Shown piece by piece: positions 1-9,439 of a stretch of 48,107 bases of DNA. The stretch comes from Candidatus Caldatribacteriota bacterium (lineage in GTDB: Bacteria; Atribacterota; Phoenicimicrobiia; Phoenicimicrobiales; Phoenicimicrobiaceae). The notes beneath the pieces are model-generated. The model searched no databases. It was not told where the DNA came from and saw only the letters and a list, made by a program, of their open reading frames with translations. The stretch spans positions 1 to 48,107 of the forward strand of contig JAYEGH010000091.1 in assembly GCA_034659055.1 (NCBI GenBank), written 5' to 3'. Position 1 is the stretch's first letter, and each line of letters starts with the position of its first letter. The translations under genes and the position numbers were made by a program.

Positions 1-61
1 ATTCAAGTGTTTCAAGGGTGTATTAAGTCTACCCAAAATTTTGTCCAAACTGTGAAGCAAT

Positions 62-99
62 GCACCAACTCGAAAGTTGGTGCTAATAATTTCATTTTT
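62..99 (+). terminator. Intrinsic-terminator-like hairpin GCACCAACT-CGAA-AGTTGGTGC followed by a T-rich tract
   Basis: Perfect 9-bp stem with a 4-nt loop at 62-83, then TAATAATTTCATTTTT. A plus-strand frame open from the window edge stops at 53-55 just upstream. It probably terminates a convergent plus-strand gene lying left of the window, and could also act bidirectionally for ssnA. Confidence 0.4.
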
Positions 100-184
100 A
101 TGGGACATTTTTAAAAATGATTGACAGCAATTTTTCAAAATTTATTATTTATCACCTATTTTTTATGATATATGGTCTAATTTT

Positions 185-1516
185 TTAAAATCTCTTCCAA
201 AAATCCTTTGCCTGTTCTTTTACTTTTGATGTGATTTTCTCATAATTCAAACCTTTAATTTCCCGATTCTCCATCAGCATCTTCCCCCCTGCTATAGTTG
301 TATCAACCATATCTCCGCTTATCCCAAACAAAATATGGATATAAGCATTCTCACTCGTGATAGGAGTAGGTGGAAAATAATTTACTGTAATAATATCGGC
401 TGCGGCACCGTTTTTGATAGTCCCGAATTTATCTCCAAAAAAATTATGGGCAATATTTCGGTTTCCTTGAAAGGCTATCCGGAATATTTCTTCCCAACCG
501 GCTTGAGGATTATGCAAGTCATGTTTTTGTAGAAGATTAGCTACTTTAATGGATTCAAACATATCGGCAGTATAACCATCAGTACCCAATCCTACTATTA
601 TTCCCTTATCTAAAGCAGTTTTAACCGGAGTAGCTCCTACCGCGTTTCCCATATTGGATTCAGGATTATGAATTAAATAACTACCGCTATTTTTTACAAT
701 TTCCAATTCTTCTTCTTTGAGATGGACTCCGTGAATAGCCATGGTTCCCAGTCGCAGTATGCGGAATCGTTTAAGGCGCTCTGCCACTCCTGTATAACCC
801 CGGGTTTTACTCTCATATACATCCGCTTTTCCTTCTGCAACATGAATATGAAAAGGGACTTCCAACTCATCAGCTAAATCGGATGCCTGGGAAAGTGTGT
901 CATTTTTGAGGGTAAAGGAGGCATGAAGACCGATCATTCCCTTTAAAAAACTATTATTTTCTTTCTTTGTTTTTCTTATAAACCGCTCATTCTCCCTGAT
1001 TCCTTTCAAGGCTTTTTCATGCCCATCGCGATCTGTTATTTCATAAGCCAAACTTGCTCTTACTCCTGATTGCTTCACTGCTTCAGCAATAATATCCAAA
1101 CTTCCTTCAATTAGATTACTGCTGGCATGATGATCAAAAATGGTGGTAACTCCCTTTTTTACACAATCCATCAGCGGATAGATGGCACTATAATAAATAT
1201 CATCTTCGTTCAATCCTTTATCCAGTCTCCACCAGAGTTTTTCTAAAATTTCTACAAAATTTTGAGGCGGACTATCAGTCTTTATATCCATTCCCCGGGC
1301 AAAAGTGCTATAGAAATGCATATGGGTATTGATCATTCCCGGCATAATGATTTTTCCCTGAACATTCTTATAATCGGCATTAGGATATTTTATCCGCAAT
1401 TCCTTTGTGTCCCCGACAGCCACAATTTCCCTTCCCTCAATTACTACCCCTCCCCCGGAGATAACTCGGGAATTTTCATCAAAAGTAATAACTGTTCCAT
1501 TTCCGATAAGTAACAT
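185..1516 (-). CDS. ssnA: SsnA-like aminohydrolase (amidohydrolase superfamily)
   Basis: 443 aa with RBS aaaaGGAGGaaaaaATG. Contains the metal motif PGMINTHMHFYST plus LWWRLD and FDHHASS blocks, which parallel E. coli SsnA as I recall it. Lies beside XDH-family genes, as ssnA does in E. coli. Confidence 0.8.
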   Translation of the reverse strand: MLLIGNGTVITFDENSRVISGGGVVIEGREIVAVGDTKELRIKYPNADYKNVQGKIIMPGMINTHMHFYSTFARGMDIKTDSPPQNFVEILEKLWWRLDKGLNEDDIYYSAIYPLMDCVKKGVTTIFDHHASSNLIEGSLDIIAEAVKQSGVRASLAYEITDRDGHEKALKGIRENERFIRKTKKENNSFLKGMIGLHASFTLKNDTLSQASDLADELEVPFHIHVAEGKADVYESKTRGYTGVAERLKRFRILRLGTMAIHGVHLKEEELEIVKNSGSYLIHNPESNMGNAVGATPVKTALDKGIIVGLGTDGYTADMFESIKVANLLQKHDLHNPQAGWEEIFRIAFQGNRNIAHNFFGDKFGTIKNGAAADIITVNYFPPTPITSENAYIHILFGISGDMVDTTIAGGKMLMENREIKGLNYEKITSKVKEQAKDFWKRF

Positions 1517-1608
1517 TTTTTCCTCCTTTTCCTGAAAACCATCATTTCATCTTGATAGATTTCTGCAAGTTCTGAGGCGTATAGCAGTACGCCCCTACTT
1601 CTTTTTTC

Positions 1609-1643
1609 CAAACTTGAAACTTGTAACTAGTAACCTGCAACTT
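1609..1643. repeat. Five tandem heptanucleotide repeats (CAAACTT GAAACTT GTAACTA GTAACCT GCAACTT)
   Basis: Read directly from the sequence. Strict 7-nt periodicity, consensus G(T/A)AACTT. Located 93-127 nt upstream of the ssnA start, in the 211-bp gap. Confidence 0.6.
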
Positions 1644-1662
1644 ATATCTTTAATTGGGCAAT

Positions 1663-1686
1663 TGGTAAATAGGTAAATTGGTTAAT
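1663..1686. repeat. Three tandem octamers (TGGTAAAT AGGTAAAT TGGTTAAT)
   Basis: Read directly from the sequence. Lies next to the heptad array in the same intergenic gap. Confidence 0.5.
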
Positions 1687-1727
1687 TTAATAACTATGCT
1701 ATATACTAAATTAAGATTGATAATATT

Positions 1728-3095
1728 TTATCCGTCAATCATTTTTTGCGAAATTTTATTAGCTTTTTCCACAACTTTATCTTCATCAATAGTCACTAGT
1801 TTTCCATCACGAACAACTATTCTACCATTCACTATAGTCATATCCACTATTTGCGAATCTCCGGAATTCACCAATGCAGAAACTGCATCCGATAAACCGC
1901 CGGCAAATCCCAATCTCTTAGTATTAATCAAAAACATATCGGCAGCTTTTCCTTCTTCAATGCTCCCTATTTCAGGTTGATTCAAAATATCCCGACCTCC
2001 GTTGGTTGCCATAGCCAAAACTTCTTCGGCCGACATAGCGGAAATACCTGAAATAAGCCTATGCATTAAAAAAGCAGCTCTCATCTCAGCAATCATGTTG
2101 GAAGAATCATTACTTGCACTGCCATCAACACCCAATCCCACCCTTACTTTCTTTTTTAACATATACGGTATGTTTGCTGGACCGGAAGCAAGTTTCTGGT
2201 TGGATACCGGGCAATGTGCCACACCCGTATTTGTTCTCGCCATTCGTTCAATTTCACTTTCGTTTAACCATACGCAATGGGCAAACCATACATCTTTACC
2301 CAGCCAGCCAACTTTTTCCATATACTTTAATGGTCGCAAGCCAAAAGTTTTCTGACAAAATTTATTTTCATCATTGGTTTCAGCCAGATGGGTATGACTC
2401 TCCACTTTATAATTTCGAGCCAATTTAATAGATTCTTTCATCAGCATTTCAGTAACTGAAAATGGTGAACAGGGTGACAGGACGACTCTTTGCATGGCAT
2501 AAGGTTTGTCATCATGATATTTTTCAATTACCCTTTGGGAATCGGTCAGTATCTCTTCTTCTGTCTGAACTACTGAATCCGGCGGTAAACCTCCGTCCTT
2601 TTCACTCAAAGACATAGAACCCCGGCTGCCGTGAAACCTCATCCCTATCTCTCCTGCTGCTTCAAATTCTTGGTCAATTATATTTTTACTTCGACCCCTG
2701 GGAAAGACGTAGAATTGATCAGAAGAAGTCGTACAACCTGTCTTTAAGAGCTCACCCATAGCAACTTGAGCGCTGTAATAAACAGCTTCCGGGGTTAAGT
2801 GAGCCCAAATAGGATAAAGAAATTTTAACCAGTCAAATAACTCGATATCTTGTACCTGGGGAATATTTCGAGTTAAGGTTTGATAAAAATGATGATGGGT
2901 ATTGATCAATCCGGGGAAAAGAAAGTAACTTGAACCATCGATAATTTCTTCTGCTTCATCTTCTATATTCGTCAGATCCGTAGTTATTTTATCGATAATG
3001 TTGTTTTTAATTAGAAGATTATATTTTTTTAATCTATTCCTCTCGTTATCCATGGTGACAATCTCTTTGATATTTTTAATTAGGATAGAAGACAT
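1728..3095 (-). CDS. Amidohydrolase, 8-oxoguanine/guanine deaminase-like (cytosine deaminase/chlorohydrolase group)
   Basis: 455 aa. Blocks PGLINTHHHFYQTLTR, HTHLAET and GLGVDGSASND are typical of this deaminase group. RBS GAGAGGAG lies upstream of the ATG. Confidence 0.75.
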   Translation of the reverse strand: MSSILIKNIKEIVTMDNERNRLKKYNLLIKNNIIDKITTDLTNIEDEAEEIIDGSSYFLFPGLINTHHHFYQTLTRNIPQVQDIELFDWLKFLYPIWAHLTPEAVYYSAQVAMGELLKTGCTTSSDQFYVFPRGRSKNIIDQEFEAAGEIGMRFHGSRGSMSLSEKDGGLPPDSVVQTEEEILTDSQRVIEKYHDDKPYAMQRVVLSPCSPFSVTEMLMKESIKLARNYKVESHTHLAETNDENKFCQKTFGLRPLKYMEKVGWLGKDVWFAHCVWLNESEIERMARTNTGVAHCPVSNQKLASGPANIPYMLKKKVRVGLGVDGSASNDSSNMIAEMRAAFLMHRLISGISAMSAEEVLAMATNGGRDILNQPEIGSIEEGKAADMFLINTKRLGFAGGLSDAVSALVNSGDSQIVDMTIVNGRIVVRDGKLVTIDEDKVVEKANKISQKMIDG

Positions 3096-3119
3096 TTAAT
3101 TACTCCTCTCTTTAGACTC

Positions 3120-3581
3120 CTATTTAGCTACACTTTCGATTGCTTCGATAATTTGCTCATAACCGGTACAGCGACAAAGATTACCTTCCAAAGCAGTCTT
3201 AATCTCCTCTCGCGTAGGATGGGGATTATGCATAAGTAGCGCTTTGGCAGACATCAACATTCCGGGTGTGCAAAACCCGCATTGAACAGCATTGCAATCA
3301 ATAAAAGCTTGTTGCAAAGGATCCGGCTTTCCCTTAATTTCCAATCCTTCTACAGTTAATACTTCACTACCCTCCAGCTGTCCGGTAAGAATAAGACAGG
3401 AATGAACCGCTTCACCGTTCAAGATAACTGTACATGCCCCGCATTCGCCTATTCCACAGCCTTCTTTTGTTCCCGTTAGTTTTAACTGATTTCTTAGAGT
3501 ATCGATCAAGCGTTCCTTTGGTCCTACCTCCAAAAACACCTGTTTTCTATTTACTTTAAAAGTAACCTTTGTTTTATTCAT
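3120..3581 (-). CDS. Xanthine dehydrogenase family, [2Fe-2S]-binding small subunit
   Basis: 153 aa. Two Fe-S cysteine clusters: CGIGECGACTV and CGFCTPGM...CRCTGY. Overlaps the FAD subunit stop by 8 nt. Confidence 0.9.
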   Translation of the reverse strand: MNKTKVTFKVNRKQVFLEVGPKERLIDTLRNQLKLTGTKEGCGIGECGACTVILNGEAVHSCLILTGQLEGSEVLTVEGLEIKGKPDPLQQAFIDCNAVQCGFCTPGMLMSAKALLMHNPHPTREEIKTALEGNLCRCTGYEQIIEAIESVAK

Positions 3582-4452
3582 TTTTGCTTTTCTCCTTGAT
3601 CACTTCTTTTAGAGCGCGTTGAACTAATGTTGAAATGACCGGCTTCTTATAAGGAGTCGACCACCTTATTCCTGTAACAGAAACAACTTCTTCACTCATT
3701 ATCCTGCCTATCTCTTCTATATTGATTTTATGAATAGATTGACCGTTGACAGCTCTTTCAACTCCGGGGAGAGATTGGGGATAGGGAGTGGCTGAACCGG
3801 GAACTATTCTTGCATCCCGAAAAATATTTTCCTCATCAATCTTTACTACCACAGCCAAATTTAACCTGGAAATTGACAGGGCTTTTCTTCTTCCTATTTT
3901 TTGAAAATCGGTATAATATCCATCACCAGGTAAGGGAATTCTTATTTTGGTTAATAATTCATTTATTTGAATTTTAGTTTTATAAGGACCTGCTAAAAAT
4001 TCTTCCAAGGATAATACTCTTTTGCCTTTCCTATATGTTAATTCTACTTCAGCCCTTAAGGCTATTAAAGGAGGTAACAGGTCCGCGGCTGGTGAGGCAT
4101 TACAAATATTGCCACCAATTGTTCCTCTGTTTCGTATTTGCGTTGAACCGATATAGTGTGCAGCACAACTCAGCAAGGGTAACTTTTCCTTAACCAACGG
4201 TTCATGCATTAACCCTGAATGAGTTACCAGGGGACCAATCTCCACATAATGGTCAACCTGCCGGATAAAATTTAAAGTACCGATATTGCTGATATCCAAC
4301 AAATAAGATATTTCCGGTAATCGCTTACTCTTATTGTGAATGTTCACCAGAATATCGGTTCCTCCGGCTATTACTTTTACCTGATTCAATTTATACAAGT
4401 AATTGAGTGCTTCTTCTAATCCGGAAGCTGATAAAAAATCGTAATCAATCAT
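3574..4452 (-). CDS. Xanthine dehydrogenase family, FAD-binding medium subunit (CoxM/XdhB-like)
   Basis: 292 aa. Blocks IAGGTDILV and RGTIGGNICNASPAADL. ATGA overlap with the large-subunit stop. Confidence 0.85.
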   Translation of the reverse strand: MIDYDFLSASGLEEALNYLYKLNQVKVIAGGTDILVNIHNKSKRLPEISYLLDISNIGTLNFIRQVDHYVEIGPLVTHSGLMHEPLVKEKLPLLSCAAHYIGSTQIRNRGTIGGNICNASPAADLLPPLIALRAEVELTYRKGKRVLSLEEFLAGPYKTKIQINELLTKIRIPLPGDGYYTDFQKIGRRKALSISRLNLAVVVKIDEENIFRDARIVPGSATPYPQSLPGVERAVNGQSIHKINIEEIGRIMSEEVVSVTGIRWSTPYKKPVISTLVQRALKEVIKEKSKNE

Positions 4453-6755
4453 TTTTTTCTTCCCCCTTTACTTAAAGAATATCCCAATAAAACTCTTTCT
4501 AAATTAAGGGGTAAATGTCTAATTCTTTTTCCTGTTGCCTGAGCTACCGCATTTGCAATGGCTGCCGCCCCTATTTCAAGGGTGGGTTCACCAATGGATT
4601 TTGCACCAAAAGGTCCGTTTGGATCCGGATTTTCTACGATAATGGGATTGATTTCCGGCATATCTTTAATTGTAGGAATCAAATATTCGTCAAAATTAGC
4701 ATTTTTAATATAGCCTTTATCTGTTTCCAATTCCTCCATTAAACCATAACCCATCCCCATCATGACTCCTCCGTAAATCTGTCCCTTAAGGCAAGCAGGG
4801 TTAATGGCTCTGCCTACATCATGGGCTGCTGTCATCTTTAACAGATCTACCTTTCCGGTCCCTGTATCTACTTCCACTTCAGCGATTTGGCAGCCATAGA
4901 CATAGGTAAAATACGGTCTTCCCTGTCCGGTTTCTTCATTCCAAGAGATATCAGGGGCCTTATACCACCCGAAAGCGGAAAGGCATAATCCCTCCTGGTA
5001 AGCCAATGATACGGTTTCTTCAAAAGAGAGTAATTTTTTTTCTGTTTTTCTGTCAATAAGATAATCATCTTGAATTATAATATAATCTTTTCTCATCTTG
5101 TATTTCTTTGCCATCATCTCAAGGAGCATACTTTTTAATTTGACCACAGCCTCTTTAATCGCATTACCGCCTAAGATAGTGCCGCGGGAAGCTACTGTAG
5201 AACCGCTGTCAGGCGATATCGAGGTATCCAGTTCCTGATAAATTACCCTTTTCATATCCACACCCAACTCCTCGGCAGCAATTTGCGATAAAACGGTTTT
5301 TAAGCCCTGACCATTTTCTGCTAATCCGGAGCTGATTAATATGCTTCCATCCTTTTGAATAGCCACGATGGCTCCGGCTGCATCGACCGCTTCTGCACCC
5401 AAACTACAACCGCGAAAACTGATCGCCATACCGATTCCTCTTTTTATATCTCCGGGTTTTGATTTATTATTTTTATATAATTCGTATTTTTTATAATAAC
5501 CACTTTCTTTTGCCGCTTTTTCTATAACCTCTTCCAGGCTCACCTCGTGATTATCCAGTTTCTGGCCACTTGCCGTGATTGAATTATTATGATAAATATT
5601 TTTTAAACGAATCTCAGCAGGGTTCATATTTAATTCCCCAGCTAATTCATCCATTAAAGATTCCTGGGCAAAGATGGTCTGGGGAGTACCGTAACCCCTC
5701 ATTGCCCCTGTATATACATTATTGGTGTAATAACCGTAGGTATCTGTTTTTACATTAGATAAACTATATGGACCTGTAGCCTGGACGACCGAACGCCAGG
5801 TAACAAAAGGTGTCTGACAGGCATAAGCTCCACTATCGGCGATACACTGAATTTCCATACCTAATAATTTACCCTCCCTTGAAGCTCCAATCTTATATTT
5901 CATCTTATAAGGATGACGCTTATAGCTTTCCAAAATGGATTCATAGCGTGAATTAACCATTTTTATCGGCCTCTTGGTTTTTAAGGCCAAAACAGAAGCC
6001 CGAGCGGCCATGGCAGACATTACCTCATCCTTGCCACCAAATGAACCACCAATATGATTCTGAATAATTCTTACTTTGTTTAAACTTACCATTAGTACAC
6101 TTGCAACTGCGTTTTGACAGGAAAAAGGATTTTGTATCGAACCATAAATAGTAATCAAATGATTGTCATCATAAGGTACTGCTACGATAGCTTCAGGTTC
6201 AATATAGCTGTGCTCTATAAATTGAGTGGAATATTCTCTTTCCAGGATAATATCTGATTTGGTAAATCCATCATTCACATTACCTTTTCTTAATAAATGA
6301 TGAATGACTTGATTATCTTTTAATTCAGGATGAACTCGAAGCGCTTTTTCTTTCGAGGCCTCTTCCGGGTCATAAATTCCGGGCAGTTCTTTATAGTCAA
6401 CTTCAATCAGCTCCAATGCTCTTTCTGCAGCCTCTTCTGTCTCTGCAGCTACCACAGCAATTCCATCCCCGATATAATATACATATTCCTTAGCCAATAC
6501 TTGTTGATTTTGAATAATTACTCCAAATTCATTATTGGGAATATCAGTAGCAGTTAAAAGAGCTTTAACCTCCGGAAAAGTTAAAGCTCTTTTTATTTCT
6601 ATTTTATTAATTTTTGCATGAGGGTATCTACTGCGCAAAACTTTTGCATAAAGCATATCGGGGAAAGATAAATCAGCTGCAAATTTGGCTTTACCGGTTA
6701 CCTTTTCATAAGCATCCACCCGATTAACTGATTTATTTACTTGATGATATTTCAT
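4449..6755 (-). CDS. Xanthine dehydrogenase family, molybdopterin-binding large subunit
   Basis: Blocks GGSFGGK, AMRGYGTPQ and the C-terminal SIGEPT (catalytic Glu context). The ORF runs to 6773, but the ATG at 6755 has RBS AGGGAG 9 nt upstream and the 6773 ATG has none. Confidence 0.9.
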   Translation of the reverse strand: MKYHQVNKSVNRVDAYEKVTGKAKFAADLSFPDMLYAKVLRSRYPHAKINKIEIKRALTFPEVKALLTATDIPNNEFGVIIQNQQVLAKEYVYYIGDGIAVVAAETEEAAERALELIEVDYKELPGIYDPEEASKEKALRVHPELKDNQVIHHLLRKGNVNDGFTKSDIILEREYSTQFIEHSYIEPEAIVAVPYDDNHLITIYGSIQNPFSCQNAVASVLMVSLNKVRIIQNHIGGSFGGKDEVMSAMAARASVLALKTKRPIKMVNSRYESILESYKRHPYKMKYKIGASREGKLLGMEIQCIADSGAYACQTPFVTWRSVVQATGPYSLSNVKTDTYGYYTNNVYTGAMRGYGTPQTIFAQESLMDELAGELNMNPAEIRLKNIYHNNSITASGQKLDNHEVSLEEVIEKAAKESGYYKKYELYKNNKSKPGDIKRGIGMAISFRGCSLGAEAVDAAGAIVAIQKDGSILISSGLAENGQGLKTVLSQIAAEELGVDMKRVIYQELDTSISPDSGSTVASRGTILGGNAIKEAVVKLKSMLLEMMAKKYKMRKDYIIIQDDYLIDRKTEKKLLSFEETVSLAYQEGLCLSAFGWYKAPDISWNEETGQGRPYFTYVYGCQIAEVEVDTGTGKVDLLKMTAAHDVGRAINPACLKGQIYGGVMMGMGYGLMEELETDKGYIKNANFDEYLIPTIKDMPEINPIIVENPDPNGPFGAKSIGEPTLEIGAAAIANAVAQATGKRIRHLPLNLERVLLGYSLSKGGRKK

Positions 6756-6833
6756 TTTCTTTGTCTCCCTCATTATTATAAATCATTTTAGAATGTAAGG
6801 AAAAACTTTTTTTCTTAATATAGATATTTTAAC

Positions 6834-8300
6834 TTATTTTAACAATCTGGTTTTCTCGTTGAATTTTTTAATCAATTCATCTATCTTGCCGACTTGCCGA
6901 TGAATACCATTCCAATAATTATTATAATCATACCATTGGGCATTCAATTCTTCCAAATTTTTATTTTGCTGTTCAATCCAGGTAAAGTATTTAAGATTAT
7001 GAATTCTCTTTCTGTCATTATAGGTTAATTCCTGCATATAATCGGTGGACAGTGCTTTAAGATTGCGATGATAATCAATGGCTGCATCGGTTTCATCATA
7101 TGAACCGAATTTTTCTTCCAATTCTTTTAACCGGGAACCATACAGCTCCATGGAATCCGTAAAAACGGTTAAAACAATATCATCTTCGGTTAATTCATAA
7201 AATTTGGCAAATTTGATAGCCATAATCATATTGGCCACGCTGGAAATTCCCAAGAGGGGCAATTGTTTGATAATATCACGGGAAACACCTTTTTTATTTA
7301 GATATTTCTGTCCTATCGGTTCATTAAATAGTCGAATTAGTCCCATGGTATTGTTATCATCGACTGCGATGACCATATCGGTATTTCTCACATTATGAAT
7401 CCAGGGAACATGCTTATCTCCTATACCTTCTATTCTATGTGCACCAAAACCATTAGCCGTTAAAGTCGGACATTGCAAGGCTTCTCCGGCAACAATTTTG
7501 CTGGTGGGAAATTGTTCTTTCATGTAATCTCCACAACCCAGGGTTCCAGCAGAACCGGTGGTTAAAACCACACCGGCATACTTATCTTTACCCTTCATCT
7601 CTTTGGCCAGGACCTCTGTCATAGCCTTACCGGTAACCTCATAATGCCATAGATGATTGCCAAATTCATCAAACTGATTAAATACAACGACATTACCCCT
7701 GGTCTTTTTTAATTCCCAGGATTTATCAAAAATTTCTTTTACATTGCTCTCCGTTCCGGGAGTGGCAATAACTTCTCCGGCTACATTGGATAACCAGTCA
7801 AAACGTTCCCTACTCATCCCTTCCGGTAAAATGGCAATGGATTCACAGGAAAGCAGATCGGCATCATAGGCACCACCCCGACAGTAATTGCCCGTAGAAG
7901 GCCAGACTGCCTTTTGAGAGGTAGGGTCAAACTGGCCGGTAACCAGACGGGGAACCAGACATCCGAAAGTCGCTCCGACTTTATGGGCACCGGTTGGAAA
8001 CCATTTCCCGACCAAAGCGATTATTCTGGCATTTACGCCGGTAAGTTCCCGGGGTAATTCCACGTAATTAACTCCCCCAAATTGACCACCCATTTTGACC
8101 GGTTTATTTTTCCAGGTGATTCGAAAGAGATTATAAGAATTAATATCCCATAATCCAATATTTTTTAATTTATCTTTCACCTGTTGTGGTACAAGCTCAG
8201 GATTTTCCTGTTCAGCAAAAGTCGGGATAATTATATTTTTTTCCTTCGCCCTTCCCACTGTCATTTTCAGTTGTTCTTCATTGATAGTTAAATCAATCAT
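6834..8300 (-). CDS. Fold-type II PLP-dependent enzyme with a TrpB-like lysine motif; function unknown
   Basis: 488 aa. PTGAHKVG resembles the TrpB PLP-lysine block HTGAHK. Gly-rich TTGSAGTLGCG loop and a long helical C-terminal extension. ATGA start/stop overlap with the upstream M20 gene. Confidence 0.6.
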   Translation of the reverse strand: MIDLTINEEQLKMTVGRAKEKNIIIPTFAEQENPELVPQQVKDKLKNIGLWDINSYNLFRITWKNKPVKMGGQFGGVNYVELPRELTGVNARIIALVGKWFPTGAHKVGATFGCLVPRLVTGQFDPTSQKAVWPSTGNYCRGGAYDADLLSCESIAILPEGMSRERFDWLSNVAGEVIATPGTESNVKEIFDKSWELKKTRGNVVVFNQFDEFGNHLWHYEVTGKAMTEVLAKEMKGKDKYAGVVLTTGSAGTLGCGDYMKEQFPTSKIVAGEALQCPTLTANGFGAHRIEGIGDKHVPWIHNVRNTDMVIAVDDNNTMGLIRLFNEPIGQKYLNKKGVSRDIIKQLPLLGISSVANMIMAIKFAKFYELTEDDIVLTVFTDSMELYGSRLKELEEKFGSYDETDAAIDYHRNLKALSTDYMQELTYNDRKRIHNLKYFTWIEQQNKNLEELNAQWYDYNNYWNGIHRQVGKIDELIKKFNEKTRLLK

Positions 8301-9439
8301 TTTATTTTCTCCTTTGTTTTTAAAAATTCAATAAACGTATCTACTGATTGATAAAGGGATTTCAATTCGATATATTCATCATTTTGATGGGCCTGGGCGA
8401 TATCCCCGGGACCATAAATAGTAAAAGGTATTTTTTTCTCGGGAATAATCGTTGCTCCGTCAGTACAATATCTGGTAATAACTGCTTCATCCACACCGGC
8501 TGTCTTTATAAATTTTTGAATATAAGGATTTTTCGGGTCGGTAAAAATAGGATGTTTGTAATTAAAAACCTCTTCTTCAAATCGCACGTTATACTTTTCT
8601 GCAATATCTTCGCCAGTCTTCTTAATCAACTCTATTGCTTTTTCTTTATCTTCTTCTGAAATCACTCTAAAATCAAATTGTATTTCTGAATAATTTGGCA
8701 CAATATTTACCTGTACACCACCATGAAACTGTCCAATATTCATGGAAGTTTTACCCCAAAAATAATCGGTTTTAAATATTTTTTTATATTGCCCGGTTAC
8801 CTCCATAATTAGTTCACTCCCGGGGATAACACTGCTTACACCAACTTCAGGAGTAGAACCATGAGCAGATTTACCGTAAAACTTTGCACTTATCCATAAT
8901 TCTCCCTTTTCTCCGCAAGATACCTGTAGTGTTGAAGGTTCAGTGATAATTAAAAAATCTGTTTGGTTAAAATAACCTTTATTGGTTAAATCTTTTGCTC
9001 CTCTATATCCCCATTCTTCATCTGCGGTAAGCGCCAGCAAAATGGTTTTTTGAGGAATAATTCCTCTTCTTTTTAAAAGTATGGCAGCATATATCATGGC
9101 GGCTACTCCACCTTTCATATCAGATGTTCCCCTGCCATACATTCTGTCATTTTCAATCAATCCCTGAAATGGCGGTTTTTCCCAATATTCCTCTTTTACT
9201 CTAACGGTATCGAGATGACCGCAGAAAGCAATATTTCTTTCTTCTTTACCCGGTATTTTAGCAACCAGAGAGTCTCTTCCCTCTTCCAGTTGTACAATTT
9301 CAGAATCAATATCATTACTTGAAAGAAATTCTTTGATAAAATGTGCTATTTTACTTTCATTTCCCGGAGGATTTTCGCTATTTATTTGTATTAATTTTTG
9401 TAAAAATTCAACCAATTCTTCCTTTTCTTCTGCCTTCAC
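8297..9439 (-). CDS. M20 family metallo-amidohydrolase (ArgE/DapE/YgeY-like)
   Basis: 380 aa. Blocks CGHLDTV, GRGTSDMKGG, TADEEWG and ITEPS. GTG start overlaps the ThrC-like stop (GTGA). Confidence 0.8.
   Translation of the reverse strand: MKAEEKEELVEFLQKLIQINSENPPGNESKIAHFIKEFLSSNDIDSEIVQLEEGRDSLVAKIPGKEERNIAFCGHLDTVRVKEEYWEKPPFQGLIENDRMYGRGTSDMKGGVAAMIYAAILLKRRGIIPQKTILLALTADEEWGYRGAKDLTNKGYFNQTDFLIITEPSTLQVSCGEKGELWISAKFYGKSAHGSTPEVGVSSVIPGSELIMEVTGQYKKIFKTDYFWGKTSMNIGQFHGGVQVNIVPNYSEIQFDFRVISEEDKEKAIELIKKTGEDIAEKYNVRFEEEVFNYKHPIFTDPKNPYIQKFIKTAGVDEAVITRYCTDGATIIPEKKIPFTIYGPGDIAQAHQNDEYIELKSLYQSVDTFIEFLKTKEKIK

Noticed and set aside
42-86. Cys-rich mini-ORF ...CPNCEAMHQLESWC* at the left edge
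   Set aside because: The frame has a stop at 24-26 and no start codon afterwards. The residues are simply the translation of the terminator hairpin arms.
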